A program made the translations under genes and the position numbers. Source: an uncultured delta proteobacterium (GTDB lineage Bacteria > Desulfobacterota > Desulfobacteria > Desulfobacterales > UBA2156). From it: a DNA stretch of 64,000 nt. Under the pieces are notes generated by a model. That model had not been told where the DNA came from, ran no database searches, and was given only the letters and a program-made list of their open reading frames with translations. This document shows, piece after piece, positions 48,775 to 58,169 of the stretch; the stretch's first letter is position 1, and the number at the start of each line of letters is the position of its first letter. The stretch spans positions 1 through 64,000 of the forward strand of contig CAVTQK010000019.1 in NCBI GenBank assembly GCA_963736855.1, written 5' to 3'.

Positions 48775-49325
48775 GAAGCCCGGGAAGGGCGCACTATTTA
48801 TTAGGGGTAATGCTTGAAAGGTATCCGGGAGGGTTAAGCCGGGGTATGGTGCTGCCGGCCAAAATCGGAGCCGGTCGCTAAAATCGAACCGTTTGTCTTT
48901 CAGAATCAGCTAAAAACCGACCGTTCTTTGACAAGTAGAACCGGGCAGCGCATCGTTTTGACAGCCGCGGGGCGCAGTTATCCTGTGCCGTCGGATTGTT
49001 GAGCAGCAGGTTGATGAATTAAAATAGCCTAAAATCCTCCTTTTATTCGGGTCTTGCCGGAACCATCATAAACGGCAGCATCGAATAGAGGTATATCAGC
49101 TTGCCGCCGCAATGCGGGCATATTGGCGGCGGGTCGAGGGCAAGGGAGAAAGGTCTTTCCGGTCGTTTCAGGTCCATTAAGTTCAGGTGTTTGAGTATTT
49201 TTCTATTCACATCTGGATCTTCGATAAATGCGACCACCCGCATTCATCCTTGACATTTGGGACAGATCAGCGGATTGACTTCATAAACCTTCCGAATCAG
49301 GCGTGACCGATTTTTCCGAAACGCC
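48775..49325 (-). mobile_element. Fused IS91-family transposase C-terminal remnants plus non-coding end
   Basis: 49150-49325 encodes RLIRKVYEVNPLICPKCQG*MRVVAFIEDPDV.RKILKHLNL.DL..PERP, homologous to 54850-54940. It is joined to a different CPHCGG Zn-ribbon tail (49043-49145). Confidence 0.7.
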
Positions 49326-49388
49326 CTAATGCCTATGCATTTAGCTCCTAATGATCGAAGCTGATTCGCCCTGAGATACAAGCTGATC

Positions 49389-49792
49389 ATGAGTGATCGT
49401 CTCTGCGGAGACACAGGCTTTCACCAGGCGGTCGGCATTGTCTTGCTGCTGGGTCTGCTGGTTGTGCGCCGACTGGCCGCCCGTGCGGCCTGCAGGGCTC
49501 TACGAGGAGACCGGTTGGGACAAGCTACTACGGCCGCAAGTTCGACGGCCTGCGCACGGCCAGCGGCGATCGCTACGACCGCCATGGCTTTGCCGCGGCC
49601 CATCGCAGCCTGGAGTTCGGTACGCGCGTGGAAGTAAGCAACCTCAAAAACGGCAAAACCGTGCAAGTGCGTATCAACGACCGCGGTCCCCAAAAGCGCA
49701 GACGGATCATCGATCTGTCCTACGCCGAAGCCCTACAGATCGGCATGCTGCAAGAAGGCGTGGTCAAGGTCACAGTGGTGCAGGTGCGCTGA
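49389..49792 (+). pseudogene. rlpA: RlpA-like (DPBB) lytic transglycosylase lipoprotein, frameshifted
   Basis: A frame absent from the ORF track reads SYYGRKFDGLRTASGDRYD...AAHRSLEFGTRVEVSNLKNGKTVQVRINDRGP...IIDLS. Confidence 0.8.
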
Positions 49793-49880
49793 AGATGATG
49801 GGTTCTGGTTTCATCGACTCCGATCAGGTTCCTTGACTTCCTGCTTGTCTTCTGTCCAACGGATTGCTTTGCGGTGCTGA

Positions 49881-50600
49881 TCAGGAAGTACTGGAAGCGG
49901 CTTGGCCCAGGTAGGAGTTGATCACCGCCGGGTCCGACATCAGTTGGCGGGCATCGCCTTGTAAAACGATTTTGCCGTTTTCCATCACATAGGCCCGCGA
50001 AGACACAGCAATGGCCTGGCGGGCGTTTTGCTCGACCAGCAGGATGGTTTGGCCAGCGGCTTGCAGCTCGGCGATGATTTCAAAAATCAGCTTGACCACC
50101 AGGGGTGCCAGGCCCAGCGAAGGCTCGTCGAGTAACAACAACTTGGGCTTGGCCATCAGCCCCCGGGCAATGGCCAGCATTTGCTGTTCACCGCCTGAAA
50201 GTCCGCCGGCCAGCGCATTGCGGCGCTCGGCCAGAATCGGAAAGCGGCTCTCCATCAGCGCGATGCTGGCTGCGATCTCGCCGGCCGGCCGGCGGTAGCC
50301 ACCCAACTCCAGGTTCTCACGCACCGTCATGCCGGCCAGCATCAGGCGGCCTTCGGGAATTTGCACAATGCCGGCGGCCACGCGCTGGTGTGAGCGCATG
50401 CGGGTAATGTCCCGGCCCTGAAAAAAAATGCGCCCCCGGCTGGCAGCCACTACACCGCTGATGGCATTGAGTGTGGTGGTCTTGCCCGCACCGTTGGGCC
50501 CCACCAGGGAAACCACCGTGCCTTCTTCAACGCTGAAAGCAATCTCCCGTACCGCCTCGATGGGACCATAGGAAACTGTCAGCTCGGCAACTTCAAGCAT
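49881..50600 (-). CDS. livF: Branched-chain amino acid ABC transporter ATPase
   Basis: GPNGAGKTT, LSGGEQQMLAI, DEPSLGLAP and VEQN. Confidence 0.92.
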   Translation of the reverse strand: MLEVAELTVSYGPIEAVREIAFSVEEGTVVSLVGPNGAGKTTTLNAISGVVAASRGRIFFQGRDITRMRSHQRVAAGIVQIPEGRLMLAGMTVRENLELGGYRRPAGEIAASIALMESRFPILAERRNALAGGLSGGEQQMLAIARGLMAKPKLLLLDEPSLGLAPLVVKLIFEIIAELQAAGQTILLVEQNARQAIAVSSRAYVMENGKIVLQGDARQLMSDPAVINSYLGQAASSTS

Positions 50601-51360
50601 CGTTTTGCCCCGTCCCCAGATAGGCCGCAATCACTTCCCGGTGACATCGCACATCCTCAGGGTTGCCGGTGGTGATGACCTGGCCAAAGTTCAGCACCGT
50701 GATCCGGGAGCACAGCGCCATCACAAAGGCCATGTTGTGTTCGATCAACAGCACCGTCATGCCGCCGGCAGCCAGCGAGCGCACCAGGTCGGCAACCTGG
50801 GCCGCTTCACCCCGGCGCATGCCGGCCACCGGCTCATCGAGAAGCAGCAGGCTGGGATTGATGGCCAGGGCCCGGGCGATCTCCAGCCGGCGCCTTTCAC
50901 CGTAAGAAAGATTTTTGGCCAGCAACGCCGCCTTGCCTTCAAGGCCCACCCGCAAGAGGGTCGCGCGCGCTTTGGCCTCCAGATCCCGGTCTTCACGGCA
51001 CGCCGAGGGCAGGCGCAGCAGGCGCGGCACCAGCGGCCGGCTGGCGATCAGGTGCTGGGCCGCCTGGACGTTTTCCAGGCAGGTCATGGCGGGGAACAGC
51101 CGGATGTTCTGAAAGGTCCGGGCCACACCCAGGGCCGCTATCTGGTGGGCCTGCAGCCGGTGGAGCGCCTCTCCCTGGTAGTGCACCTGGCCGGCGGACG
51201 GGGGCTGTATGCCGCTTAAGATGTTGATCAGGGTAGTTTTGCCGGCGCCGTTGGGACCGATCAGGCCGTGGATCGTTCCGGGCTCGACCGCAAAGCTCAC
51301 GTCGAGCAAAGCCTGCAGCCCGCCAAAGCGTTGCGAAATGGTGTCAACTTTTAGATTCAT
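50593..51360 (-). CDS. livG: Branched-chain amino acid ABC transporter ATPase
   Basis: FGGL.AL, GPNGAGKTT, RTFQNIRLF and LSYGERRRLEIARALA. Confidence 0.92.
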   Translation of the reverse strand: MNLKVDTISQRFGGLQALLDVSFAVEPGTIHGLIGPNGAGKTTLINILSGIQPPSAGQVHYQGEALHRLQAHQIAALGVARTFQNIRLFPAMTCLENVQAAQHLIASRPLVPRLLRLPSACREDRDLEAKARATLLRVGLEGKAALLAKNLSYGERRRLEIARALAINPSLLLLDEPVAGMRRGEAAQVADLVRSLAAGGMTVLLIEHNMAFVMALCSRITVLNFGQVITTGNPEDVRCHREVIAAYLGTGQNDA

Positions 51361-52241
51361 ACCGTATGGCCGCTTGCTTCAGGCCTTTGGGCCGCGGGCC
51401 GCAGCCGGATCATCAGCGAGGCCAGGCCGTTGGGCAAAAACAAGATGACCAGCAGCAGGATCAGGCCATTTACGCCCATGCGGATCGGCCCCGCTGCCAC
51501 GCCGATGCCTCTCAAGATTTCCGGCAGCGCCGTGAGCAGGGCCGCGCCCATCACCGGGCCATACCATACGCGTGTACCGCCGACGATGTTGTAGATCAGC
51601 AGGTCCACGGCGATGAAAAAACCGAAATCCCTGGGGGTGATCAGGTAGCTCAAGTGGGCGTACATGGCCCCGGCCAAGCCGGCCATCATGGCCCCGATGA
51701 TAAACGCCAGGAGCTTGTAATAGGTGATCGGGATCCCCAGGCAGGCGGCGGCGGTTTCGTCATCGCGGATGCTGACCAGTCCCCATCCCAGTTGCGAGCG
51801 GCGCAGCACCGCCAGAAAATAGGCCGCCAGCCCCAGCGCAAGGAAGATCATCCAGGGTTTGGTCACGTTGGGGATGCCGGTCAGGCCTTCGGCCCCGCCG
51901 GTCACGGTGAGGTTCACCGCTGCGATGCGCACGACTTCCCCGAAGGCCAGGGTGGCAATGGCCAGGAAAACGCCTTTCAACCGCAACACGGGCAAGCCCA
52001 GCACCACGGCGACGATACCGGCCATCAGCGCACCGCCGCCCAGGGCCACGATGAAGGGGACCTTGAAGTGGACGGTGAGGATGCCGGCGGTGTAAGCCCC
52101 CAGTCCGGCGAAGGCCGCGTTGCCCATCGACAGCATACCCGCGGCCAGCGTGACGTTGAGGCTCAGGGCCAGCAGGGCGTTGATGCCGATAAAATTGATC
52201 AGGCTGCCGTAGATGGCATAGAACTGGGCAAGCTGCTCCAT
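51357..52241 (-). CDS. livM: Branched-chain amino acid ABC transporter permease
   Basis: LSMGNAAF.GLGAY, LRLKG.FLAIATLAFGE and IRDDE.AA. Confidence 0.9.
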   Translation of the reverse strand: MEQLAQFYAIYGSLINFIGINALLALSLNVTLAAGMLSMGNAAFAGLGAYTAGILTVHFKVPFIVALGGGALMAGIVAVVLGLPVLRLKGVFLAIATLAFGEVVRIAAVNLTVTGGAEGLTGIPNVTKPWMIFLALGLAAYFLAVLRRSQLGWGLVSIRDDETAAACLGIPITYYKLLAFIIGAMMAGLAGAMYAHLSYLITPRDFGFFIAVDLLIYNIVGGTRVWYGPVMGAALLTALPEILRGIGVAAGPIRMGVNGLILLLVILFLPNGLASLMIRLRPAAQRPEASGHTV

Positions 52242-52244
52242 GGC

Positions 52245-53138
52245 TTACGCTTCCCGCATGCGGGCGCGGCCCAGCAGGCCGGAAGGCCTGAGCAGCAGGA
52301 TGGCAAACAGCACCATGAAGGCTACGGCGTCCCTGAGATTGGAGGTGCCGGTGATGGCCACGGTGAGCACTTCGCTCAGTCCGAAGGCCAGGCCCCCCAA
52401 AATGGCGCCGGGAATCGAGCCCATGCCTCCCAGGATGATCACCGCCAGTCCTTTGAGTTCGATGGAGCGGCCCATATCCGGGGCCAGGGAGTCGAAGTAA
52501 AGCCCGTAGAGGATGCCCGCGGCCCCACCCAGGGCCGAGGAGATAAAGAAGGTAAAGGCGATGATGCCCCTGACATCGATTCCCAGCAGCATGGCGGCGC
52601 GATCGTTTTCCGCCACGGCACGAATGGCCTTGCCCGTGCGGCTGCGCTTGAGAAACAGTGTCAGGACCACCATAAGCAGGGCAACCACGGCCACGATGCT
52701 CACCTGCAGCGATGTGATCGTGACAGCCTGGCCGATGTGCCAGATGTGGACCTTGACCGTGCCGGCCGGAAAACGCACCGAACGTGCCCCGAAGAGCCCC
52801 AGGGCCATGGCTTCAAAAACAATGGCCATGGCGATGCTGGAGATCAGGCCGGAAAAATGGCTGTCGGCCCTTTGCCGCAGCGGGGCAAAGGCCACGGCGT
52901 TGAGCAGCAGGCCCAGCAGTCCGGCCAATACGGTGGCCGCGGGAAAGGCCAGCCAGATGGAAAGGCCGAAGGTTTGTACGAGCCACAGGGCGCTCAAGCC
53001 GCCCAGGGTGAAGACTGCGGCATGGGCAAGGTTCAGGATATCCAGGACACCGAAAACCAGGGTGTAGCCCACGGCAAACAGGCCATAGACACTGCCGATG
53101 AACAACCCGTTGACCAATTGCTGCGCCAGCAGATTCAC
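52245..53138 (-). CDS. livH: Branched-chain amino acid ABC transporter permease
   Basis: QQLVNGL..GS.YGL.AVGYTLVFG, GKAIRAVAEN and ILGGMGSIPGA. Confidence 0.92.
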   Translation of the reverse strand: MNLLAQQLVNGLFIGSVYGLFAVGYTLVFGVLDILNLAHAAVFTLGGLSALWLVQTFGLSIWLAFPAATVLAGLLGLLLNAVAFAPLRQRADSHFSGLISSIAMAIVFEAMALGLFGARSVRFPAGTVKVHIWHIGQAVTITSLQVSIVAVVALLMVVLTLFLKRSRTGKAIRAVAENDRAAMLLGIDVRGIIAFTFFISSALGGAAGILYGLYFDSLAPDMGRSIELKGLAVIILGGMGSIPGAILGGLAFGLSEVLTVAITGTSNLRDAVAFMVLFAILLLRPSGLLGRARMREA

Positions 53139-53161
53139 CCTGGCTCCTTCGGAGGAAGCGG

Positions 53162-53230
53162 CAAGTGACTGAAGTCCAGGCGCCCTTGGTTTGCGTTCGT
53201 TGACCAGGGTTTTGAAACTTCAGTCACTTG
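53162..53230. terminator. Intercistronic stem-loop between the binding-protein gene and the permease
   Basis: Perfect 14-bp inverted repeat CAAGTGACTGAAGT / ACTTCAGTCACTTG. Confidence 0.65.
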
Positions 53231-53263
53231 AATGGCTATCGGACGGTACGGTCGATCACACTG

Positions 53264-54400
53264 CTACCGGGCAAACACGGCGAACTTGCCGCCCTTGACT
53301 TCCTGAACCACCGGGGAGTGATTCGCGTCCCGGCCCTCGGTAAAGGAAAATTTGCCCAGCAACGTGTCCATGTCCTTGATCTTGGCCATGGCGTCGCGGA
53401 TGGCCTTGCGGTTATCGGCGCTATTGGCCGTGGTGGCGGCTCTATAGACGATCTGCACGCCGGTAAAGGCCTGGGCCGCAAACTGGTCCGGGGCGCGGTT
53501 GTATTTCTTGGTGTAGTCATCCACGAATTTTAAGTTCAGGGGGCTGGAGGCGGCCGCGTTCCAGGCCGCTCCCACGATGACGCCCTCGGCCGCTTCGCCG
53601 GCGTTTTTCATCAGGGCCGGGGAGTTGAAGCCGTTGCCGCCGATGATGGGAATGGATTTAGCGATGCCCAACTGGCGCGCCTGGCTGACAATGCCGGAGG
53701 CTTCTTCCACCAGGGCCGAGCAGATGATCGCGTCCGGATTCTGGGCCTTGATCTGGGTGAGCTGGGGTGAAAAATCCCGGTCGCCCTTGGCAAAGGTCTG
53801 TTCGCTGAGAATCTGGACGCCCGTTTCCAGGAGCACCTTTTTGAAAACGTCGTAACCGCTCTTGGTGAAGGCATCGTCGTTGCCGTAAAAAACGGCCACT
53901 TTCTTGAATCCGAGTTTTTCCTTGGCGGTCTTGAGAGTATTGGGAATCACCACCGCCTCGGTCAAAGAATCGCGAAAAATGAAATCGCCGATCTCGGTGA
54001 TCCCGCCGGCCGTGTTGCTTACGGCCAAGACCGGCACTCCGGCCTGCTGGGCGATGGGATCGGTGATCTTGGCCGTGTTGCTCAGGGTGGGGCCGATGAT
54101 GACGGCCACCTTGTCGCCGTTGATCAGTTTGTTGTACACATTGATGCCCTGCTGCGGAACGCTGGCATCGTCCTCGAACACGACCTCGATCTGCATACCG
54201 CTGCCGGCGGCGGCATTGATCTGCTCAATAGCCAGTTGGGCCCCTTCCTTCTGGCTGGCGCCGTAAGCCGCGGCTCCGCCCGTCATGCTGAACACGATAC
54301 CGATCTTGAGTTTTCCGGCACACAGGGCCGGACCCGCGGTCAGCGCCAGGGTCAAGAGAGCCACGACGCTCCACAACACCAAACAGCCTGCTCGTTTCAT
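53264..54400 (-). CDS. Branched-chain amino acid ABC transporter substrate-binding protein (LivK-like)
   Basis: Signal peptide; S.TG.AA.YG, EDD, IGP and DFSPQLT.IK. Confidence 0.9.
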   Translation of the reverse strand: MKRAGCLVLWSVVALLTLALTAGPALCAGKLKIGIVFSMTGGAAAYGASQKEGAQLAIEQINAAAGSGMQIEVVFEDDASVPQQGINVYNKLINGDKVAVIIGPTLSNTAKITDPIAQQAGVPVLAVSNTAGGITEIGDFIFRDSLTEAVVIPNTLKTAKEKLGFKKVAVFYGNDDAFTKSGYDVFKKVLLETGVQILSEQTFAKGDRDFSPQLTQIKAQNPDAIICSALVEEASGIVSQARQLGIAKSIPIIGGNGFNSPALMKNAGEAAEGVIVGAAWNAAASSPLNLKFVDDYTKKYNRAPDQFAAQAFTGVQIVYRAATTANSADNRKAIRDAMAKIKDMDTLLGKFSFTEGRDANHSPVVQEVKGGKFAVFAR

Positions 54401-54589
54401 CACAACCTCCACAGAATTAAGGAAAGATGTCTGCTCCGGCGCTGAACCCAACCATAGGGTTGGCTGCTTTAGGCCGAAGTCTGATAGCTACGCAAAAAAA
54501 CACAGCGCAGCACACATGTCAAGGTATAGCCCCAAAGGGTCAGGGCTCCGTCAAAGTCGTGCAAGTGCAAGAATTGAATTGATATTGAT

Positions 54590-55000
54590 AAATTGATTGA
54601 TAAGAACTCGCTTTTCTATAGGCGGATTAAGATTGATCATGAATTGTGTCATGCCATGATCTACACCCAAGATATGGAATCTGCCAGTTTCGAGGTATAT
54701 GGGTTTTTAATTATCCGAAGTGTAAATATGCTGTCAAGAGGAATTAATCAGGCATTTTGTCGAAATTTTAACCGGTTCAGAAATAGTTCACCGGAGCACC
54801 TTCAGGCGGGTTAAAAAATCGGGAGCACATGGGACGGAGGAGCATGGGCGACGGGTCTTTCCGGTAGTTCCAGGTCCCATAAGTTCAGGTGTTTGAGTAT
54901 TTATTAATCACATTCGGATCTTCGGTAAACGCGACCACCCGCTTCTGATGACACGAGGGACAAAAGTGCCGCCTTTTACAGGAAAAGGCCAAGATAAATT
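54590..55000 (-). mobile_element. Miniaturised IS91-family remnant
   Basis: Minus strand reads LAFSCKRRHFCPSCHQKR|VVAFTEDPNVI..ILKHLNLWDL..PERPVAHAPP, followed by the conserved non-coding end. Confidence 0.85.
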
Positions 55001-55051
55001 GGTTCTATCAAACCTCGTCAGGTGAGAACCTAAGAAGATAAAAGAAACTCC

Positions 55052-55630
55052 TTATGCCTCAATCCACGTGGTCTTTTCCTGAAAGCTTTTTCTGGGAACA
55101 GCTCCGGGTACGCCGATAGGCTTTCCCATGCACACCAACCCGATGGGAACCTTTTTCTCTTCTATCCCGAGAATCTTACGCATGGCCTTCTTGTCGAAAA
55201 AGGTGAACCACAACCCGCCAAGGCCAAGGGCATGGCCGGCAAGGAGCATATTCTGGATGGCTGCACCGCAGGCAAGTTGGTATCCTACACTTCCTTCCTC
55301 CATAAACATATCCACCCCGGTTCCTTTGGGATCACCGATCACCGCGATGATGAGGGGCACCGTCTTCAGAAAATCCATGCTGTATTTTCCCAGCCATTTC
55401 CACCCGCTCTTTTCCAGGGCCCATTCCTTGCACCTGACTGCCTCGGAATGAATCTTCTCCTTCATACTCGAGTCCGTAACGACCATGAACTCCCAGGGCT
55501 GGGAATTGAGTGGAGACGGCGCCCATGTCGCCGCCTCCAAAATTTTTTCTACCACCTCCCGCGCCACTGCATCTTTCAGGAAAGCCCGACAACTCCTTCG
55601 CCCCCGAATGGCTTCAAACAGGTCCATCAT
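55052..55630 (-). CDS. Nitroreductase family protein
   Basis: RRSCRAF, WAPS..NSQPWEF and AIQNMLLA.HALGLG. Confidence 0.92.
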   Translation of the reverse strand: MMDLFEAIRGRRSCRAFLKDAVAREVVEKILEAATWAPSPLNSQPWEFMVVTDSSMKEKIHSEAVRCKEWALEKSGWKWLGKYSMDFLKTVPLIIAVIGDPKGTGVDMFMEEGSVGYQLACGAAIQNMLLAGHALGLGGLWFTFFDKKAMRKILGIEEKKVPIGLVCMGKPIGVPGAVPRKSFQEKTTWIEA

Positions 55631-55691
55631 TTTCTCCTTTCAAAAACGGCTGTTCCACTGCTTTTATAAAAACGCGGGGTTCAGGCAATAA

Positions 55692-57359
55692 TTAACGGAT
55701 ACTTTTCACACCCTTCCCCATGCGTCTGCGCTCTTCATCCCGGATTTCTCTCCGCAAAAGCTTCCCCACCTTGGACTTGGGAAGCATATCTCTGAATTCA
55801 ATATATCCGGGCACCTTGTAAGGTGCCAGCCTTTCCCGGCACCATTTGATAAGTTCTGAGCCGCCAACCCCCCGGGCATCCTCTTTTAAAACCACGATAG
55901 CTTTGATCCGCTCTCCCACCCGATCGTCCTGGATCCCCACCACACAAGCTCCTATCACGGTAGGATGGTCCTGGAGGACCGCCTCCACCTCCGAGGCCGA
56001 AACCCGATAAGCCTTGTGCTTGATGATGTCGGCTGAACGCTCCATATAAACCAATTCACCATCCGAATCCTGGCTCATGAAATCCCCCATCCGGTAGAAA
56101 ACCTTCTGCCCGATTTGAACATAAGATCTGGCGGTTTCCTCTGGTTTATTCCAATATTCCTTGAGGGTATACTGGGAGGTGACCAGGAGCTCGCCGCTTT
56201 CGCCGGGTGCCACCGGAGAAAGGGTTACCGGATCCGCCACCATGCACTCCCGACTCTTGAGAGGAAGCCCGATGGTCCCGGGTTTGGGTTCCTTCCCGAT
56301 CCGACTATAGGTGACGTGTCCTGCCTCCGTGGATCCATAAACCTGATAGATGGGCACCCCGAATTTCTCCTTCCACCGCTTGTAGATCTCAAAAGGAAGG
56401 ACATCCCCCCCGCAGATACAATAGGTCAGGGAACTCAGTTTGTACCGGTCGAGCCGCTCGTTTTCGAGGATCATTCTGTAAAGGGCCGGGACCCCTAGCA
56501 TCCATCGGACCCGGTATCTCTGGATGGTCTCCAGTATGGCGTCCACCTGGGGAACCGGCATGAGCAGGGTGGTGTTTCCGCGGTTCAGTCCGATGGCCAT
56601 GAATAAACCCAGCGCCATGATGTGGAAAAGGGGGTTAATGGCAATATATACATCTTCTCCTTCTTTTAGGTACTCCCCGGCCACATCTTCGGCAATATCG
56701 TTCACATAAGAGGTCATGCCGATATGGTTGCCGGGCACCCCTTTGGGAAACCCCGTGGTGCCGCCGGTGTAAAGGATATAGGCAAGATCTTTCCAGGGAT
56801 CCAGCGACGGCCCCCGTTTCATGGGCGCGTGATTGAGCAGGGATCGAAAAGTATGGACCCGATCATGGCGGGTTACCTTGCCATGGGGAATCTTGTCCAA
56901 GAGCGTACCCAGGGCCCGTTTCCACTGCGGAAGCAGATCCGCAAGATTTGTGACGATGGCTCGCTTGAGACCTGTGCTAGCAAAGGCATCTTCCACATAA
57001 CAGAAATTGGTGTCCAGGCAGATAATGGTCTCCGCCCCTGCATCGTTGGCCATATACCGGATTTCATGTGAGGTATAAATCGGGGAAACCGGGACGATCA
57101 CGGCCCCGATCTTCTGTATGGCCAAAAAGGCGATGAGCCACTGGATGCAGTTGGAGATGTAGACCATGACACGGTCTCCCTTTTTAACCCCCATATCCAG
57201 AAGAGCTCCCCCAAACCGCTCGCTCAGATTTCTGAGCCGGCTATAGGTGAAGGACTCCCCCAGACAGATCACCGCCTTATGATTGGGGTAGCGTTCCGTC
57301 ATCCGGTCAAAACGGGTGAAGGTCAGTTCCTTTTCCCATGCATTTCCTTCCGAGCCCAT
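55692..57359 (-). CDS. AMP-forming acyl/aryl-CoA ligase
   Basis: YTGGTTGFPKG, PLFH, YGSTE, MGD and PKSKVGKLLRR. Confidence 0.92.
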   Translation of the reverse strand: MGSEGNAWEKELTFTRFDRMTERYPNHKAVICLGESFTYSRLRNLSERFGGALLDMGVKKGDRVMVYISNCIQWLIAFLAIQKIGAVIVPVSPIYTSHEIRYMANDAGAETIICLDTNFCYVEDAFASTGLKRAIVTNLADLLPQWKRALGTLLDKIPHGKVTRHDRVHTFRSLLNHAPMKRGPSLDPWKDLAYILYTGGTTGFPKGVPGNHIGMTSYVNDIAEDVAGEYLKEGEDVYIAINPLFHIMALGLFMAIGLNRGNTTLLMPVPQVDAILETIQRYRVRWMLGVPALYRMILENERLDRYKLSSLTYCICGGDVLPFEIYKRWKEKFGVPIYQVYGSTEAGHVTYSRIGKEPKPGTIGLPLKSRECMVADPVTLSPVAPGESGELLVTSQYTLKEYWNKPEETARSYVQIGQKVFYRMGDFMSQDSDGELVYMERSADIIKHKAYRVSASEVEAVLQDHPTVIGACVVGIQDDRVGERIKAIVVLKEDARGVGGSELIKWCRERLAPYKVPGYIEFRDMLPKSKVGKLLRREIRDEERRRMGKGVKSIR

Positions 57360-57419
57360 ATTCCGCTTTTGTCTCCCGTGACCCAAAATCTAATTTTTTT
57401 TGCAGCGTTGGCTTTGGGA

Positions 57420-58169
57420 TCAGTTTACGCCAAAATAGGCTGCGCGCACATCCGGATTGTCTAGAAGTTCCCCCCGGCTCCCTTCGAGTACAGCCGCCCC
57501 GTTCTCCAGGATGAATGCATAATCCACAATGGGTAGGACCGGGCGTGCGTATTGTTCGGTTACAATGAGGGAAATCTTTCTTTGATCCCGAATTACCCTC
57601 GTGGAACGAACCAGGGTTGCCTGCATGAGGGGACTCAGTCCCATGAGCGGTTCGTCCAGCAGAAGGAGCTTGGGTTGGGCCATGAGGGCCCTCCCGATAG
57701 CCAGCATTTGCTGTTCGCCGCCGCTTAAAAACCCTCCTACCCTCTTCTTGAGTGTTATTAGAGCCGGAAAGAGCGTGAACACATATTCGAGGGTGGCTTT
57801 TGCCTGGGAAGGGGTGGCCAGGTAAGCGCCGATCTTGAGGTTTTCCATCACACTGCTTTCTTTGAAGATACGACGTCTTTCCGGGCACAGAATAATCCCC
57901 TCCCTGGCCCTGTGGCTGGGTTTGATTCCCCCCATATCCCGGCCCTGGTACCGGATTTCCCCCAGGATGGTAATCCGTTCACCCCCGGCCATGGCCTCTT
58001 TTTTCCGGATATCTTCCATGATGCCGGAAAGGGTATACATGAGGGTGGATTTACCCGCGCTGTTGGCCCCAAACACCCCTACAATCTCCTTTTCCTTGCA
58101 CCGTACGTGGACATTGTTGAGGGCGAGCATGTTTTCGTAAAAAACCATCAGGCCGGTCGCCTCAAGCAT
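57420..58169 (-). CDS. ABC transporter ATPase (LivF-like)
   Basis: GANSAGKST, LSGGEQQMLAI and DEP. Confidence 0.9.
   Translation of the reverse strand: MLEATGLMVFYENMLALNNVHVRCKEKEIVGVFGANSAGKSTLMYTLSGIMEDIRKKEAMAGGERITILGEIRYQGRDMGGIKPSHRAREGIILCPERRRIFKESSVMENLKIGAYLATPSQAKATLEYVFTLFPALITLKKRVGGFLSGGEQQMLAIGRALMAQPKLLLLDEPLMGLSPLMQATLVRSTRVIRDQRKISLIVTEQYARPVLPIVDYAFILENGAAVLEGSRGELLDNPDVRAAYFGVN

Noticed and set aside
51366..53168. 600-aa plus-strand ORF (likewise 59884..60822)
   Set aside because: Antisense shadows of GC-rich permease genes.
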